From the NCBI GenBank assembly GCA_043808015.1, contig JAZDFI010000007.1, positions 930 to 64,929 of the forward strand: DNA of 64,000 nucleotides, read 5' to 3'. This DNA comes from Candidatus Aenigmatarchaeota archaeon (GTDB lineage Archaea; Aenigmatarchaeota; Aenigmatarchaeia; QMZP01; QMZT01). Within the stretch, counting starts at the first letter, position 1. Each line of letters begins with the position of its first letter. Positions 9,305 to 18,215 of the stretch are shown piece after piece. Position numbers and translations under genes: made by a program. The notes beneath the pieces are model-generated. The model was given only the letters and a program-made list of their open reading frames with translations. It was not told the DNA's origin and did no database searches.

Positions 9305-10837
9305 ATGGTCCTGAAATTCTACAACACGCTGACGCGCTCGAAGGACGAATTCGTCCCGCTGCATGCCGGTGAAGTAAAGATGTACTCGTGCGGCCCCACG
9401 GTATACGACTACCCGCACATCGGAAACCTGCGCGCGTTCGTATTCGACGACCTGCTGCGACGCTATTTGAAATACCGCGGATTCAAACTCACTCACGTCA
9501 TGAACTTAACCGACGTAGATGACAAAACGATACGCAACTCGAAAAAAGAGGGCATGACGCTCGCCGAGTTCACGGAGAAATACGCGAAAGTATTCTTCGA
9601 GAGTCTGGAGACGATGCACGTCGAGAAGGTGGAGCATTACCCTCGCGCGACGGAGCACATAAAGGAAATGGTCGAGCTGGTAAAAATCCTTCTCGACAAA
9701 GGCGTCGCTTACAAAGGGACGGATGGTTCTGTTTATTTCAACATAAGGAAATTCCCGGATTACGGGAAGCTTTCTAAGCTCGACGTGTCCGCACTGAAGC
9801 CGGGAGCGCGCGTCTGCCAGGACGAATACGCGAAAGACGAGGCGAGGGACTTCGCTTTATGGAAGGCATGGACCGAAGACGACGGCGACGTGTTCTGGGA
9901 GACGGAGATAGGCAAAGGCCGGCCGGGCTGGCACATCGAGTGCTCGGTGATGTCGTCGAAATATCTCGGAAGGACGTTCGACATCCACACGGGCGGCGTC
10001 GACCTGATGTTCCCCCACCACGAAAACGAGATCGCGCAGTCCGAGGCGGCGTATGGAAAACAGTTCGTGAACTACTGGCTGCACAACGACCACGTCATGG
10101 TCGATGGGCAGAAGATGTCGAAATCGCTCGGCAACTACCTCACGCTCAAAGATCTGCTCGCTCGCGGCCACGACCAGCGAGCGATAAGATACGTCCTGCT
10201 CTCGACGCACTACCGCTCGAAGCTCAACGTGACCGACGAGTCGCTTTGGGCGGCGAAGCAGACGGTCGAGAGATTCGATAACTTTATTGACCTGCTAAGG
10301 GAAGTGAAAGCGACTTCTCATCATGATGTCGACAAGCTCGTCCATGATGTTGAGCACAAGTTCATGGAAGCGATGGACGACGACCTTGACGTAAACACGG
10401 CGCTAGCGACGCTTTTCGACTTCATGAAGGAAATAAACAAGCTTATTGACGCGGGAAAAATCGGCAAGGCAGGAGCGGAAAAATGCATCCATGTCATGCA
10501 GCGCTTCGACAAAATACTGGGCGTGCTGAAGAAGGAAACCAGCGTCCCGAAAGAGCTGGTGGAGAAGGCGCTGAACCTTCTGGTGGAATTTCACGAGACG
10601 CTGAAGACGAAAGACGCCGAGACGGCGAAAAGGCTCGACAAGGACGTCGCGCATCTGAAAGGGAAGGAGTACGACCCGGAGAACTTCTCGGAACTGATGG
10701 CTGTCTTCGTCGACGTGCGCGAGGCGCTGCGCAAGAAGAAGGAATACGCCTTGTCGGACAAGATACGCGCGGACCTGAAAGACGCCGGCATAACGCTGGA
10801 GGACAAGGAAGGCGGCGTCAGGTGGAGAATCGCCTGA
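9305..10837 (+). CDS. cysS: Cysteinyl-tRNA synthetase
   Basis: HIGN (HIGH-type) and KMSKS motifs. Full-length class I CysRS pattern including Zn-binding Cys/His. Confidence 0.95.
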   Translation: MVLKFYNTLTRSKDEFVPLHAGEVKMYSCGPTVYDYPHIGNLRAFVFDDLLRRYLKYRGFKLTHVMNLTDVDDKTIRNSKKEGMTLAEFTEKYAKVFFESLETMHVEKVEHYPRATEHIKEMVELVKILLDKGVAYKGTDGSVYFNIRKFPDYGKLSKLDVSALKPGARVCQDEYAKDEARDFALWKAWTEDDGDVFWETEIGKGRPGWHIECSVMSSKYLGRTFDIHTGGVDLMFPHHENEIAQSEAAYGKQFVNYWLHNDHVMVDGQKMSKSLGNYLTLKDLLARGHDQRAIRYVLLSTHYRSKLNVTDESLWAAKQTVERFDNFIDLLREVKATSHHDVDKLVHDVEHKFMEAMDDDLDVNTALATLFDFMKEINKLIDAGKIGKAGAEKCIHVMQRFDKILGVLKKETSVPKELVEKALNLLVEFHETLKTKDAETAKRLDKDVAHLKGKEYDPENFSELMAVFVDVREALRKKKEYALSDKIRADLKDAGITLEDKEGGVRWRIA

Positions 10838-10866
10838 ACCGGGAATTGCGGAAATCAAACTAAAAA

Positions 10867-11604
10867 CTAAACGGCTTCTTTGGGTATTTTCTTTTTGGCG
10901 ACGGGCTTGGCTTTTTTGGGCGCTGGTTTTGGAATTGCAGCAGGCTTTGTTGACATGGGTTTTTCATTTTCTTTCGCCTTCACCGCTTTCCTGGCGGGCT
11001 TCTTTTTCTGCTTGGTGAACTTGAAGCCGCACTTGTAGCAGAACTTGTCGTCCATCTCGTTCTCAGCGCCGCACTTAGGGCATACGAATATCTTCCTTAT
11101 TCCGGAAGGCTGTTCCGCCTGCGCCTGTTGCGCCGGCTGGACTGGCTGCTGGATTCTTGGCGTTTCGGCCGGCCTCTGCTGGACCGGCTGCGGATATGAC
11201 GGATAAGCGGGGTACGAAGGCAACGTCTGCATCGGCTGCGGCGGCGCGTCCACCGGCCTGATCTGCAGCATCTGGGCAGGGTCGACCACGTAATCCGCGA
11301 CAGCTGTCTGCCCCGCCATTTTGCGCTTGCCGTATATCGAGCCTATGGCCGTGAACAAAAGACCCATGAGCATTATGATGAAGGAGTTGGTCAGCCCCAT
11401 GTCGGGCCTGTATATCAGGCAGAAAAGACCCACGACCGCGAGAACGGCGCCAAGTAAGAACAGCCATATGCATTTTATTACGAAAAGTAGCCCGCCGGAA
11501 TCATGTTCATGATATGCACCCTGGTCAGCAGGTGCCTGCACGGGCTGCTGCGGCTGTGGTCCTGCTGAATTCTGCGGCTCTCCGGTAGCTTCCATATTTA
11601 CCAT
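10867..11604 (-). CDS. Membrane protein with P/Q-rich segments, C-terminal zinc ribbon (CPKCG...CYKCG) and Lys-rich tail
   Basis: Two TM helices then a CxxC-x13-CxxC ribbon and KKxK-rich tail. Start at ATG for MVNMEATGE. Confidence 0.5.
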   Translation of the reverse strand: MVNMEATGEPQNSAGPQPQQPVQAPADQGAYHEHDSGGLLFVIKCIWLFLLGAVLAVVGLFCLIYRPDMGLTNSFIIMLMGLLFTAIGSIYGKRKMAGQTAVADYVVDPAQMLQIRPVDAPPQPMQTLPSYPAYPSYPQPVQQRPAETPRIQQPVQPAQQAQAEQPSGIRKIFVCPKCGAENEMDDKFCYKCGFKFTKQKKKPARKAVKAKENEKPMSTKPAAIPKPAPKKAKPVAKKKIPKEAV

Positions 11605-11645
11605 ATAATTTACCCCAATATAAGTTTTACACATTTAACCGGACC

Positions 11646-12035
11646 TCAAAGTTCGACTGTCTCAGGCGTGCGCTCATCCTTCATCATCTGTCTGCCGAAG
11701 TTCAGGAAGAACAGCGCGCTCGTGTCAAGCGAGACGGCAATCGCCAGCTTGAAGAAGACGTTCGGCGTCACGGGCTTGCTGAAGAAGTCTATCAGCACGT
11801 TCGTCGAGAGGAAGCCGACCGAGAATATGAGCAGCAGGCCGATCGCTATCGCCGTGCGCGACGTGCTCTTCCATTTCGTGCCTATGAACAGGGCGAATGC
11901 CATGACGGCATAAGCGAGCGCGAAGAACGTGTCGGCGAAAAGCTGCTGGCCCTGCACGGCGACGGAGAAGACGAGGATTACGAAAATGACCGCCAGCATC
12001 TTGTAGTATCCCATCGAACCGTACGCAGAACCCAT
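11646..12035 (-). CDS. Small integral membrane protein
   Basis: Four hydrophobic helices, no family assignment. Confidence 0.4.
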   Translation of the reverse strand: MGSAYGSMGYYKMLAVIFVILVFSVAVQGQQLFADTFFALAYAVMAFALFIGTKWKSTSRTAIAIGLLLIFSVGFLSTNVLIDFFSKPVTPNVFFKLAIAVSLDTSALFFLNFGRQMMKDERTPETVEL

Positions 12036-12116
12036 TTATTAAATTTTAGGCGCGCGCCCTAAAAAATGCGAAATCTTTTAAAGCGGCTGCTCTTATATAA
12101 TTTACCCGGTGATATC

Positions 12117-13061
12117 ATGTGGCTTCAGCTTAAGATGTTCCTGCTCACGACCATACTTTTCGGCATACTTTACGCCGTGATAGCAGCTGTAGCGACGTAC
12201 ATGGGCATCGAGGGATTTTTCTTTTACGGAGTTATCGCGATAGGGATAATTTTCATACAGTACATGGTAGGCCCGAAGATAGTCGAATGGTCCATGAAGG
12301 TGCGCTACGTTTCCGAGAAAGACGCGCCCGAACTGCACAAAATGGTCGCCGAGCTGGCGGATAAGGCTGGCATGAAGAAGCCGCGCATAGGCATATCGGA
12401 TATCGCAGTCCCGAATGCCTTCGCTTTCGGGCGGTGGAAGAGCGACGGCCGCGTCTGCGTGACGAGAGGCATACTCAACATGATGAAAGAGGACGAGCTT
12501 AAGGCGGTTCTGGGTCACGAGATTTCCCACATAAACAACCGTGACGTCGCGTTCATAACTCTTCTTAGCGTCATCCCGATGATATGCTGGTTCGTGAGCA
12601 GGGGCACGCTATATTCGTCTGGCAGGAACAAGGGCAACGCCGTGCTGATAGGCATAGTCGCTTTCGTGCTTTATTTCATCACGAACCTGCTGGTCCTTTA
12701 CGCATCGAGGATACGCGAATACGGCGCCGACAAGGGCAGCGTGAAGCTGGGCAACAAGCCTTCTTCGATGGCATCGGCTCTTTACAAGCTGGTCTACGGC
12801 AGCGCAAGGGCCAACAAGGATTCGCTGAAGCAGATGGAGGGCTTCAAGGCATTCTTCGTGAACGACCCGTCAAGGGCTGTAAGCGATTTCCAGAGTTTAA
12901 AGGATCTGGACAGCGACATGAGCGGCACAATAGACAAGAACGAGCTCGAGCGCGTAAGGAACGCGAAAGTGCATGTCAGCGCTGGCGGCAAGCTCATGGA
13001 AATCCTCAGCACGCATCCCAACATGCTCAAGAGGGTGCAGCACCTTTCGACGCTCGAGTGA
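12117..13061 (+). CDS. htpX: HtpX-like M48 zinc metalloprotease
   Basis: HEISH (HExxH) zinc motif flanked by TM helices, as in M48/HtpX. Start at ATG 12117 (MWLQLK). Confidence 0.8.
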   Translation: MWLQLKMFLLTTILFGILYAVIAAVATYMGIEGFFFYGVIAIGIIFIQYMVGPKIVEWSMKVRYVSEKDAPELHKMVAELADKAGMKKPRIGISDIAVPNAFAFGRWKSDGRVCVTRGILNMMKEDELKAVLGHEISHINNRDVAFITLLSVIPMICWFVSRGTLYSSGRNKGNAVLIGIVAFVLYFITNLLVLYASRIREYGADKGSVKLGNKPSSMASALYKLVYGSARANKDSLKQMEGFKAFFVNDPSRAVSDFQSLKDLDSDMSGTIDKNELERVRNAKVHVSAGGKLMEILSTHPNMLKRVQHLSTLE

Positions 13062-13074
13062 GACGGTCGATGAA

Positions 13075-13221
13075 ATGATAAAAAACAAACTTGTCGCGCT
13101 TCTGATACTCGCGGTGCTTATATCAGGCACCGTGCTTTTCGCTTTTTACCAGTCGCCTTTCGGGCCGGTCCTGACGCTGGTCGGGATAGCGGCCTATTTC
13201 ATTTTCAACAAGAAAGACTAA
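13075..13221 (+). CDS. Small membrane protein (48 aa)
   Basis: Short ORF with two hydrophobic helices. Weak. Confidence 0.3.
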   Translation: MIKNKLVALLILAVLISGTVLFAFYQSPFGPVLTLVGIAAYFIFNKKD

Positions 13222-13242
13222 GTTGTTACTAATCTGTTAAAA

Positions 13243-13398
13243 TCAAGCTTTGAACTTGGGGAATTTCCTTTCCACGAACTGGGGACATTTGTCCTGCGGG
13301 TATATGCAACACAGGCAATTGTCAAGCTTGCATCTGCTTATTTGTCCGTAAGCACCGATGTTGTTGTTGCATTTCTTAGCTATGAAATCACCTTGCAT
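13243..13398 (-). CDS. Small Cys-rich protein (51 aa) not in ORF track
   Basis: MQGDFIAKKCNNN...CKLDNCLCCIYPQDKCPQF has 8 Cys in 51 aa and sits in an otherwise empty 215-bp gap. Confidence 0.3.
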   Translation of the reverse strand: MQGDFIAKKCNNNIGAYGQISRCKLDNCLCCIYPQDKCPQFVERKFPKFKA

Positions 13399-13436
13399 TT
13401 ATTTAACACGATGCATTATAAAGGGATATGGAACTT

Positions 13437-14075
13437 TCATTTCAGTTCCAGAACTTCGCTGAGTTTTTTTATCCTGTAGTCCGGCGCTAGCGACCTGTTC
13501 CACGGCGCATCGAGCAGAGCGACGCGTATGCCGCAGTTGCGCGCGAAGTCCGCATCCGAAGCGGTGTCGCCGACCATGAGAATCGCATTCTTGTCCGCTT
13601 TGACGCTTTCCATTATGCAGTCGAACTGGTCCGGGAACGGTTTAGGACGGCTCACGCTGTCAGCTGTGCATATCTTATCGAAATATTTCTGGATGCCTAA
13701 GTGCGGCAGGAGTATATGCGCGTGCCTTGTCATCATGTTGCTGGCGATAGCGAGCCTCACGCCTTTGCTCTTCAGCGCCTCCAGCGTCTCTTTAGCGCCC
13801 GGGTTAAGCATGACCATTGACGGCCCTAAAAGCGCGTAGTTGTCCCATGCCTTCTGCGTAATCTTTTCAGCAAGCTCTGGTGTGTACTTGCCTGCTTCCC
13901 TGAGCAGCGTCTCGGCCCATGCGCGGAAGGGTTTACCGAAGAACCTGGCGATGTCGCTTTCCCATTCGTATGGGCCCATGCCAATTCCTTCGAATGCCTT
14001 GTTGAGACTCCTGAGTATCGCATCCTCCGAACTTAGAAGAGTGCCGTCGAGGTCGAAAATCACGAGTTTGAACAT
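13437..14075 (-). CDS. HAD-superfamily hydrolase (phosphoglycolate phosphatase-like)
   Basis: DLDGTL motif I, ASN motif II, GDTASD motif IV. Confidence 0.75.
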   Translation of the reverse strand: MFKLVIFDLDGTLLSSEDAILRSLNKAFEGIGMGPYEWESDIARFFGKPFRAWAETLLREAGKYTPELAEKITQKAWDNYALLGPSMVMLNPGAKETLEALKSKGVRLAIASNMMTRHAHILLPHLGIQKYFDKICTADSVSRPKPFPDQFDCIMESVKADKNAILMVGDTASDADFARNCGIRVALLDAPWNRSLAPDYRIKKLSEVLELK

Positions 14076-14120
14076 GCAATCACGTAATAATAGCTATTGC
14101 GCGCCGCCGATAAAAAGATT

Positions 14121-14675
14121 TTACTCTTTCTCAACATACCCGGCATACTGCTGCGGGGTTATGAGCCTGCCGCTCGTCGATTCTATCGGGATTTCTGCTA
14201 CCACCCACGCGTGCGGCTCGCCATTATAGTAACCGTGGGCAATGCGTGCATTGTAACCCATATTCTCCAGCTTTTCCACGAGAAGCCCGCTGAAATCGAG
14301 ACAGTTGAAGCCGTCCTCGTCATAAACGCCCGATCTGGCGACTTCCCATGCGGACATCTCGAAGTCGTGTTGAGGCTTTTCGCACTTGTCCAGCACTATG
14401 CTTTTCAGCTCGTCCACGGAGTTCTCGCAGACGGTAAGCTCGCTTCTGCATTGCTCGGTGTCGAAAGTGGTGAAAATGATTTCAGGCTCCTGCGCCTGTT
14501 CGCCTCCGGAAACGTCGGCTTTCTCGCTGCCGCGAGCAGCCATCTGGCCCGTGAACTGCAATGGTACTGAGAAGAAGAGGCCTGCAGCGAAAACCAAAAC
14601 CATGCATGTTAAAACTGCCTCTCGTTTCGAAAAGATTGACCCCACCCGGACAATAACCCTGTTCATATATTGCAT
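14121..14675 (-). CDS. Secreted/membrane-anchored transglutaminase-like cysteine peptidase domain protein
   Basis: N-terminal TM/signal. GFNCLDFSGLLV (Cys), HAWVVAEI (His) spacing typical of the transglutaminase-like core. Start at ATG 14673-14675, so no overlap with the upstream gene. Confidence 0.5.
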   Translation of the reverse strand: MQYMNRVIVRVGSIFSKREAVLTCMVLVFAAGLFFSVPLQFTGQMAARGSEKADVSGGEQAQEPEIIFTTFDTEQCRSELTVCENSVDELKSIVLDKCEKPQHDFEMSAWEVARSGVYDEDGFNCLDFSGLLVEKLENMGYNARIAHGYYNGEPHAWVVAEIPIESTSGRLITPQQYAGYVEKE

Positions 14676-14698
14676 GCGAATTTTTTTATCCTTGACTA

Positions 14699-15100
14699 TC
14701 AATGCAGGAAAACCTCTTCCATTAGGCCGATTTCGCCTATGTACCTGTAAAGGTGCGTTTTTTTGTTGGGCATGACTCTTTTGAACCTGATGAGCCGACG
14801 TCTTGCTTCGCCTATCCTCCTTGGACTGCATTTTACCTCGACGCATATGACATAGCCGCTATTAGTTATTCCCACCAGGTCGAACTCGTTCTCTTCCGTG
14901 TAAAGGTTTATGCCTATTTCTTTCATCATGAAGCCGTTGTTCATGACTTCTAAAACGGCTTCCTTGAGGTAGTCTTCATGTCTGGTCATCTGCGGGTTGG
15001 AATGGTATCTTCCCTCTAACTTTTCGTATTCGCCTGCGGGGATAAGGAGGTTCATGTCCCGCCAGTAATCGAGGAGCTTTCTGCCTTTAAGCGTGCGCAT
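14699..15100 (-). CDS. PD-(D/E)xK nuclease, Hjc-like (candidate Holliday junction resolvase)
   Basis: FDLVGITNSGYVICVEVK aligns with Hjc VDLVAGNGKKYLCIEVK (D...E-x-K), followed by KTHLY like Hjc KDHLY. Longer N-terminus than canonical Hjc. Confidence 0.45.
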   Translation of the reverse strand: MRTLKGRKLLDYWRDMNLLIPAGEYEKLEGRYHSNPQMTRHEDYLKEAVLEVMNNGFMMKEIGINLYTEENEFDLVGITNSGYVICVEVKCSPRRIGEARRRLIRFKRVMPNKKTHLYRYIGEIGLMEEVFLH

Positions 15101-15199
15101 TGCAAACCTCCGGGAATACGTATGCCTCAGAAAAAGCGTGACGGCAAGCGCAATCAGGCATATGATTCCTTGGTTCTAAATTTTTTAAAACAGTATTGT

Positions 15200-15778
15200 T
15201 CACAGGTTTTTGCCGCCGAATTTGCCGAAGAAGAAATTTTCGCCGGGCTCCTTTCTTGTGCGCGGTTTGGCGAGCTTGTCTTTGATGCGCTCCTCTAACT
15301 TGTCGAAAATTTTCTTTACGTCCGCTTCGTAGCCGAGCGCGAAAACGACAACCACCCGAAAGTTCTCAGGGAATCCAGCGGCTTTCCTCGCCTTCGCCTC
15401 GTCCCATCCCGCCATCTGGTGGACCCGCAGACCGAGATGCTCCGCTTCGATGGTCAGGTTCATCACGCTCAGACCGAGGTCATACGCATAGTAAGGAAGG
15501 CTGTTGGTCTTGCATCCCTTGTCGGGATCCGCGCCCACGGCGACGATATAAGTCGCTTTCTTCGCCCAGCCGTTGCCCATCGATAGCGCATCCTCCATCG
15601 ATTTTCTCGTATTGTCGTTCCTGCCGAAAAAAACGTAGTTCCATTCCTGATTGTTGAAGCACGATGGCGCCCAGCGAGCCGCCTCGATAAGCGTGTCGAG
15701 CTTCACCTTCTCGACGTCTTTCGTTTCGTCGAAAACCAGCGGGCTTTTCCTTTTGGCTATTTCCGGCAGGATGTCCAT
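15200..15778 (-). CDS. Nitroreductase-family protein
   Basis: RWAPSCFNNQEW and overall nitroreductase fold pattern. Confidence 0.7.
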   Translation of the reverse strand: MDILPEIAKRKSPLVFDETKDVEKVKLDTLIEAARWAPSCFNNQEWNYVFFGRNDNTRKSMEDALSMGNGWAKKATYIVAVGADPDKGCKTNSLPYYAYDLGLSVMNLTIEAEHLGLRVHQMAGWDEAKARKAAGFPENFRVVVVFALGYEADVKKIFDKLEERIKDKLAKPRTRKEPGENFFFGKFGGKNL

Positions 15779-15820
15779 GCATTAGTCTTGAATATGGATT
15801 TTATAAAAATTAATCGCGGT

Positions 15821-16345
15821 TTATGTGCTGGGGCATTCCCCGTGGCTCCACAGGGTTATGTTATTGCTCGCGCAGGCCGAACAATCGTTTCCGTATGTTA
15901 CGCCGTTGTCTCCGCACACAGGTAAGTATTCCATTGTACATGCCTCCGCGGCTTTCTCTTCATCCGTGCAGATGTGCCTGTAAGGAGGGCATTCTCCCCT
16001 GAAATAAGTCCATTCCTCGCACGCAAAGCCGTCCTCAAAAGTGCACATGCCGCTCTGGCTGCCATCCTCGGCAGTCACGATTTCAAGCTTTCCGCCGTTG
16101 TTGATGCAGTTCACAGAAGCGGGGTTCGCTATCTGCACGCTGTCGCCATTGCTGCAGTTCTCTTCCCATGCGCGGATGCATTTCTGCTCTGCGTCGCACC
16201 AGCTGTATCCCGCCGCGATAAGGCAGCCGTGCTCGTCCTTGTCACCGCCTATTATCTGATCATTTGCCGTCACGCAGCCGGCGACACCGACGGTTATTAT
16301 TATCAGTATCATGAACAGCCCGTAAACAGGAGTTTTCCTTTCCAT
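15821..16345 (-). CDS. Secreted lipoprotein-like protein with DUF333-like and Kazal-type inhibitor domains
   Basis: Signal/TM then GC (lipobox-like). NPASVNCINNGG...CTFEDGFACEEWTYFRGEC (DUF333-like). CTMEYLPVCGDNGVTYGNDCSACASNNITLWSHGEC is a canonical Kazal C-x-PVCG-x-DG-x-TY-x-N-x-C pattern. Confidence 0.6.
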   Translation of the reverse strand: MERKTPVYGLFMILIIITVGVAGCVTANDQIIGGDKDEHGCLIAAGYSWCDAEQKCIRAWEENCSNGDSVQIANPASVNCINNGGKLEIVTAEDGSQSGMCTFEDGFACEEWTYFRGECPPYRHICTDEEKAAEACTMEYLPVCGDNGVTYGNDCSACASNNITLWSHGECPST

Positions 16346-16439
16346 AATAATAATCAGCCGAGCCGTCTTATAAACCGGCCGCTTTTTGTGCGGCAAAAAC
16401 CGAAAATCTTTTTTAAATTATGAACAACAAAACTAGTCC

Positions 16440-17363
16440 ATGAAAAACCTCACTGTCGGCGTTTTCCATGACGAGACGCTAGCCGACGAGATCGCGAAGA
16501 AAGGAACCGTCAGCGACATACGCATGTTCAACCGCAAGACAGACGATGCGATATTCACCTTTTTGCAGCCCGTGGACGACAAGCTCACAGCGAAGGCGCA
16601 GATAATGGGATGCATAGACGTCGCCGTAGTCTCGTTCGCCAGCATGACTCCTGACGTCGGCGAGACGATACTCATGCTGGACGCGATGGGAATAAAGAAA
16701 GGCATATGCATCGTGCCCGCGGGAGCCGATATCTGCCAGGCGATAAAGCTGACCAAAGACACGTCTCTGGAATCGTTCGTGGTCAAGCAGCGCAACGCGC
16801 TCGAGATAATGGCTACTCTGGAGAAGATTGACGTCGTGAGAGACGTCGCCCTGCCGACGCTGGTCACGATAGACCATTCCTTCGCAGTAAAAGGCGTCGG
16901 CGAGGTCATACTCGGTTTCGTGAAGAGAGGCGTGCTAAAAAAGCATGACAAGCTCATGCTCATGCCCGCAGGCAAAGATGTCATCGTCCGCTCGATACAG
17001 ATGCACGACAAGGATTTCGATTCTGCGGACGCGGGTTCGCGAGTCGGCCTCGCGCTCAAGGGCGCGTCCATAGACGAGCTGAGGCGAGGCGCTGTTCTTT
17101 GTGTCCCGGGAAGCGTGAAAACCGGGACCAGGGTGAAGCTGTCGTTCGAGAAGAGCAAGTTCTACGCGGAAAAGCTAGCAGAAGGGACGCTCCACGTTTC
17201 CGTGGGCATGCAGACAGTTCCCGTGAAAGTCTCTGAGATCGCTGAGAACTCGCTGGTCATAGAGGCCGAGAAGCCGCTTGCATACACGGGGAGCGACGTG
17301 TTCCTGCTGCTCGACCTGAATGCCAAGAAACTGCACCTCATCGGGAAAGGCCACGCCATCTGA
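16440..17363 (+). CDS. EF-Tu/EF-1alpha-like protein with degenerate G domain (pseudo-GTPase) and intact beta-barrel domains II/III
   Basis: N-terminus NLTVGVFHDETLADEIAKKGT replaces the GHVDHGKT P-loop. Middle region VTIDHSFAVKGVGEVILGFVKRG...DAGSRVGLALKG is the classic EF-Tu domain II. Confidence 0.55.
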   Translation: MKNLTVGVFHDETLADEIAKKGTVSDIRMFNRKTDDAIFTFLQPVDDKLTAKAQIMGCIDVAVVSFASMTPDVGETILMLDAMGIKKGICIVPAGADICQAIKLTKDTSLESFVVKQRNALEIMATLEKIDVVRDVALPTLVTIDHSFAVKGVGEVILGFVKRGVLKKHDKLMLMPAGKDVIVRSIQMHDKDFDSADAGSRVGLALKGASIDELRRGAVLCVPGSVKTGTRVKLSFEKSKFYAEKLAEGTLHVSVGMQTVPVKVSEIAENSLVIEAEKPLAYTGSDVFLLLDLNAKKLHLIGKGHAI

Positions 17364-17404
17364 GGCAACGGCTTGCTTAAAAAACTTTTTATCGAAAGCT
17401 TTTC

Positions 17405-17713
17405 ATGGCAGTGATTTACACGACCCGTGAAATAGATGATATAAGATACGCCATACATATGTCACTACCGTTTGAGTGCCTGAAAGCCTGCCTTGACATG
17501 ACGAACCCGGATGGCCAGAGGAAGGCATATGGCGTCTTTAATTATCTCGTCAGGCTCTCGAAAAGCGATCCTGAAACATGGGCAACACCGGAGGTCATGG
17601 AATACCGCAAGCTGCTCAAGAAATACTGGTATGATCACGAGGCTGGCAATGCCTATGCGCAAATTCGATACGCAATACACAAAAAGGCAGATGGAAGATC
17701 GGCCAAAAAATGA
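17405..17713 (+). CDS. Hypothetical protein
   Basis: 102 aa ORF, no family recognised. Confidence 0.35.
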   Translation: MAVIYTTREIDDIRYAIHMSLPFECLKACLDMTNPDGQRKAYGVFNYLVRLSKSDPETWATPEVMEYRKLLKKYWYDHEAGNAYAQIRYAIHKKADGRSAKK

Positions 17714-17715
17714 TT

Positions 17716-18177
17716 TTACAATTTTTCCGAGAACTCTTTTATCTTCCGGGCGCTATCGCCTTTTTTGATATCAGCTGCTGACAAGCCGAGCGTCGCTACC
17801 GGCGGCTTGCCGCAGACCTTGCTCATGTCCGGGAATATTTTGTCGTTCTGGCTGCCTGCGGTGTAGAATAAGGCGACTTTCTTGAAATTATCCTTCTTAA
17901 GATGCAGGTATGCCCTGACGGGGACCGACATCTTGCCTGCCCACACGGGAGTGCCTATTACGACGAGGTCGTATTTGGAAGGGTCTTTTTTCGGCTCCAC
18001 GAGGGTCGTTAGCGCCTCCTTCTGGGCGTCGCGGCCCGAGGAAAGATAATGCAGGATGCCTGCCCTCTTCTTGGTGTCCGCGATTTCTTCGGTCTCGCAG
18101 TTAAGCGCTTTCGCTATTTCATCAGCGACCTTCCTAGTGGTGCCCGTGCGGGAATAAAAAACGACCAGGGTTTTCAT
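17716..18177 (-). CDS. Flavodoxin-like protein
   Basis: MKTLVVFYSRTGTTRKVA (FMN phosphate-binding loop T/SxTGxT) and GTPVWAG. Confidence 0.7.
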   Translation of the reverse strand: MKTLVVFYSRTGTTRKVADEIAKALNCETEEIADTKKRAGILHYLSSGRDAQKEALTTLVEPKKDPSKYDLVVIGTPVWAGKMSVPVRAYLHLKKDNFKKVALFYTAGSQNDKIFPDMSKVCGKPPVATLGLSAADIKKGDSARKIKEFSEKL

Positions 18178-18215
18178 GAAATAATTATTGAGGTCCGAAT
18201 ATTTAAAATGAAGCG

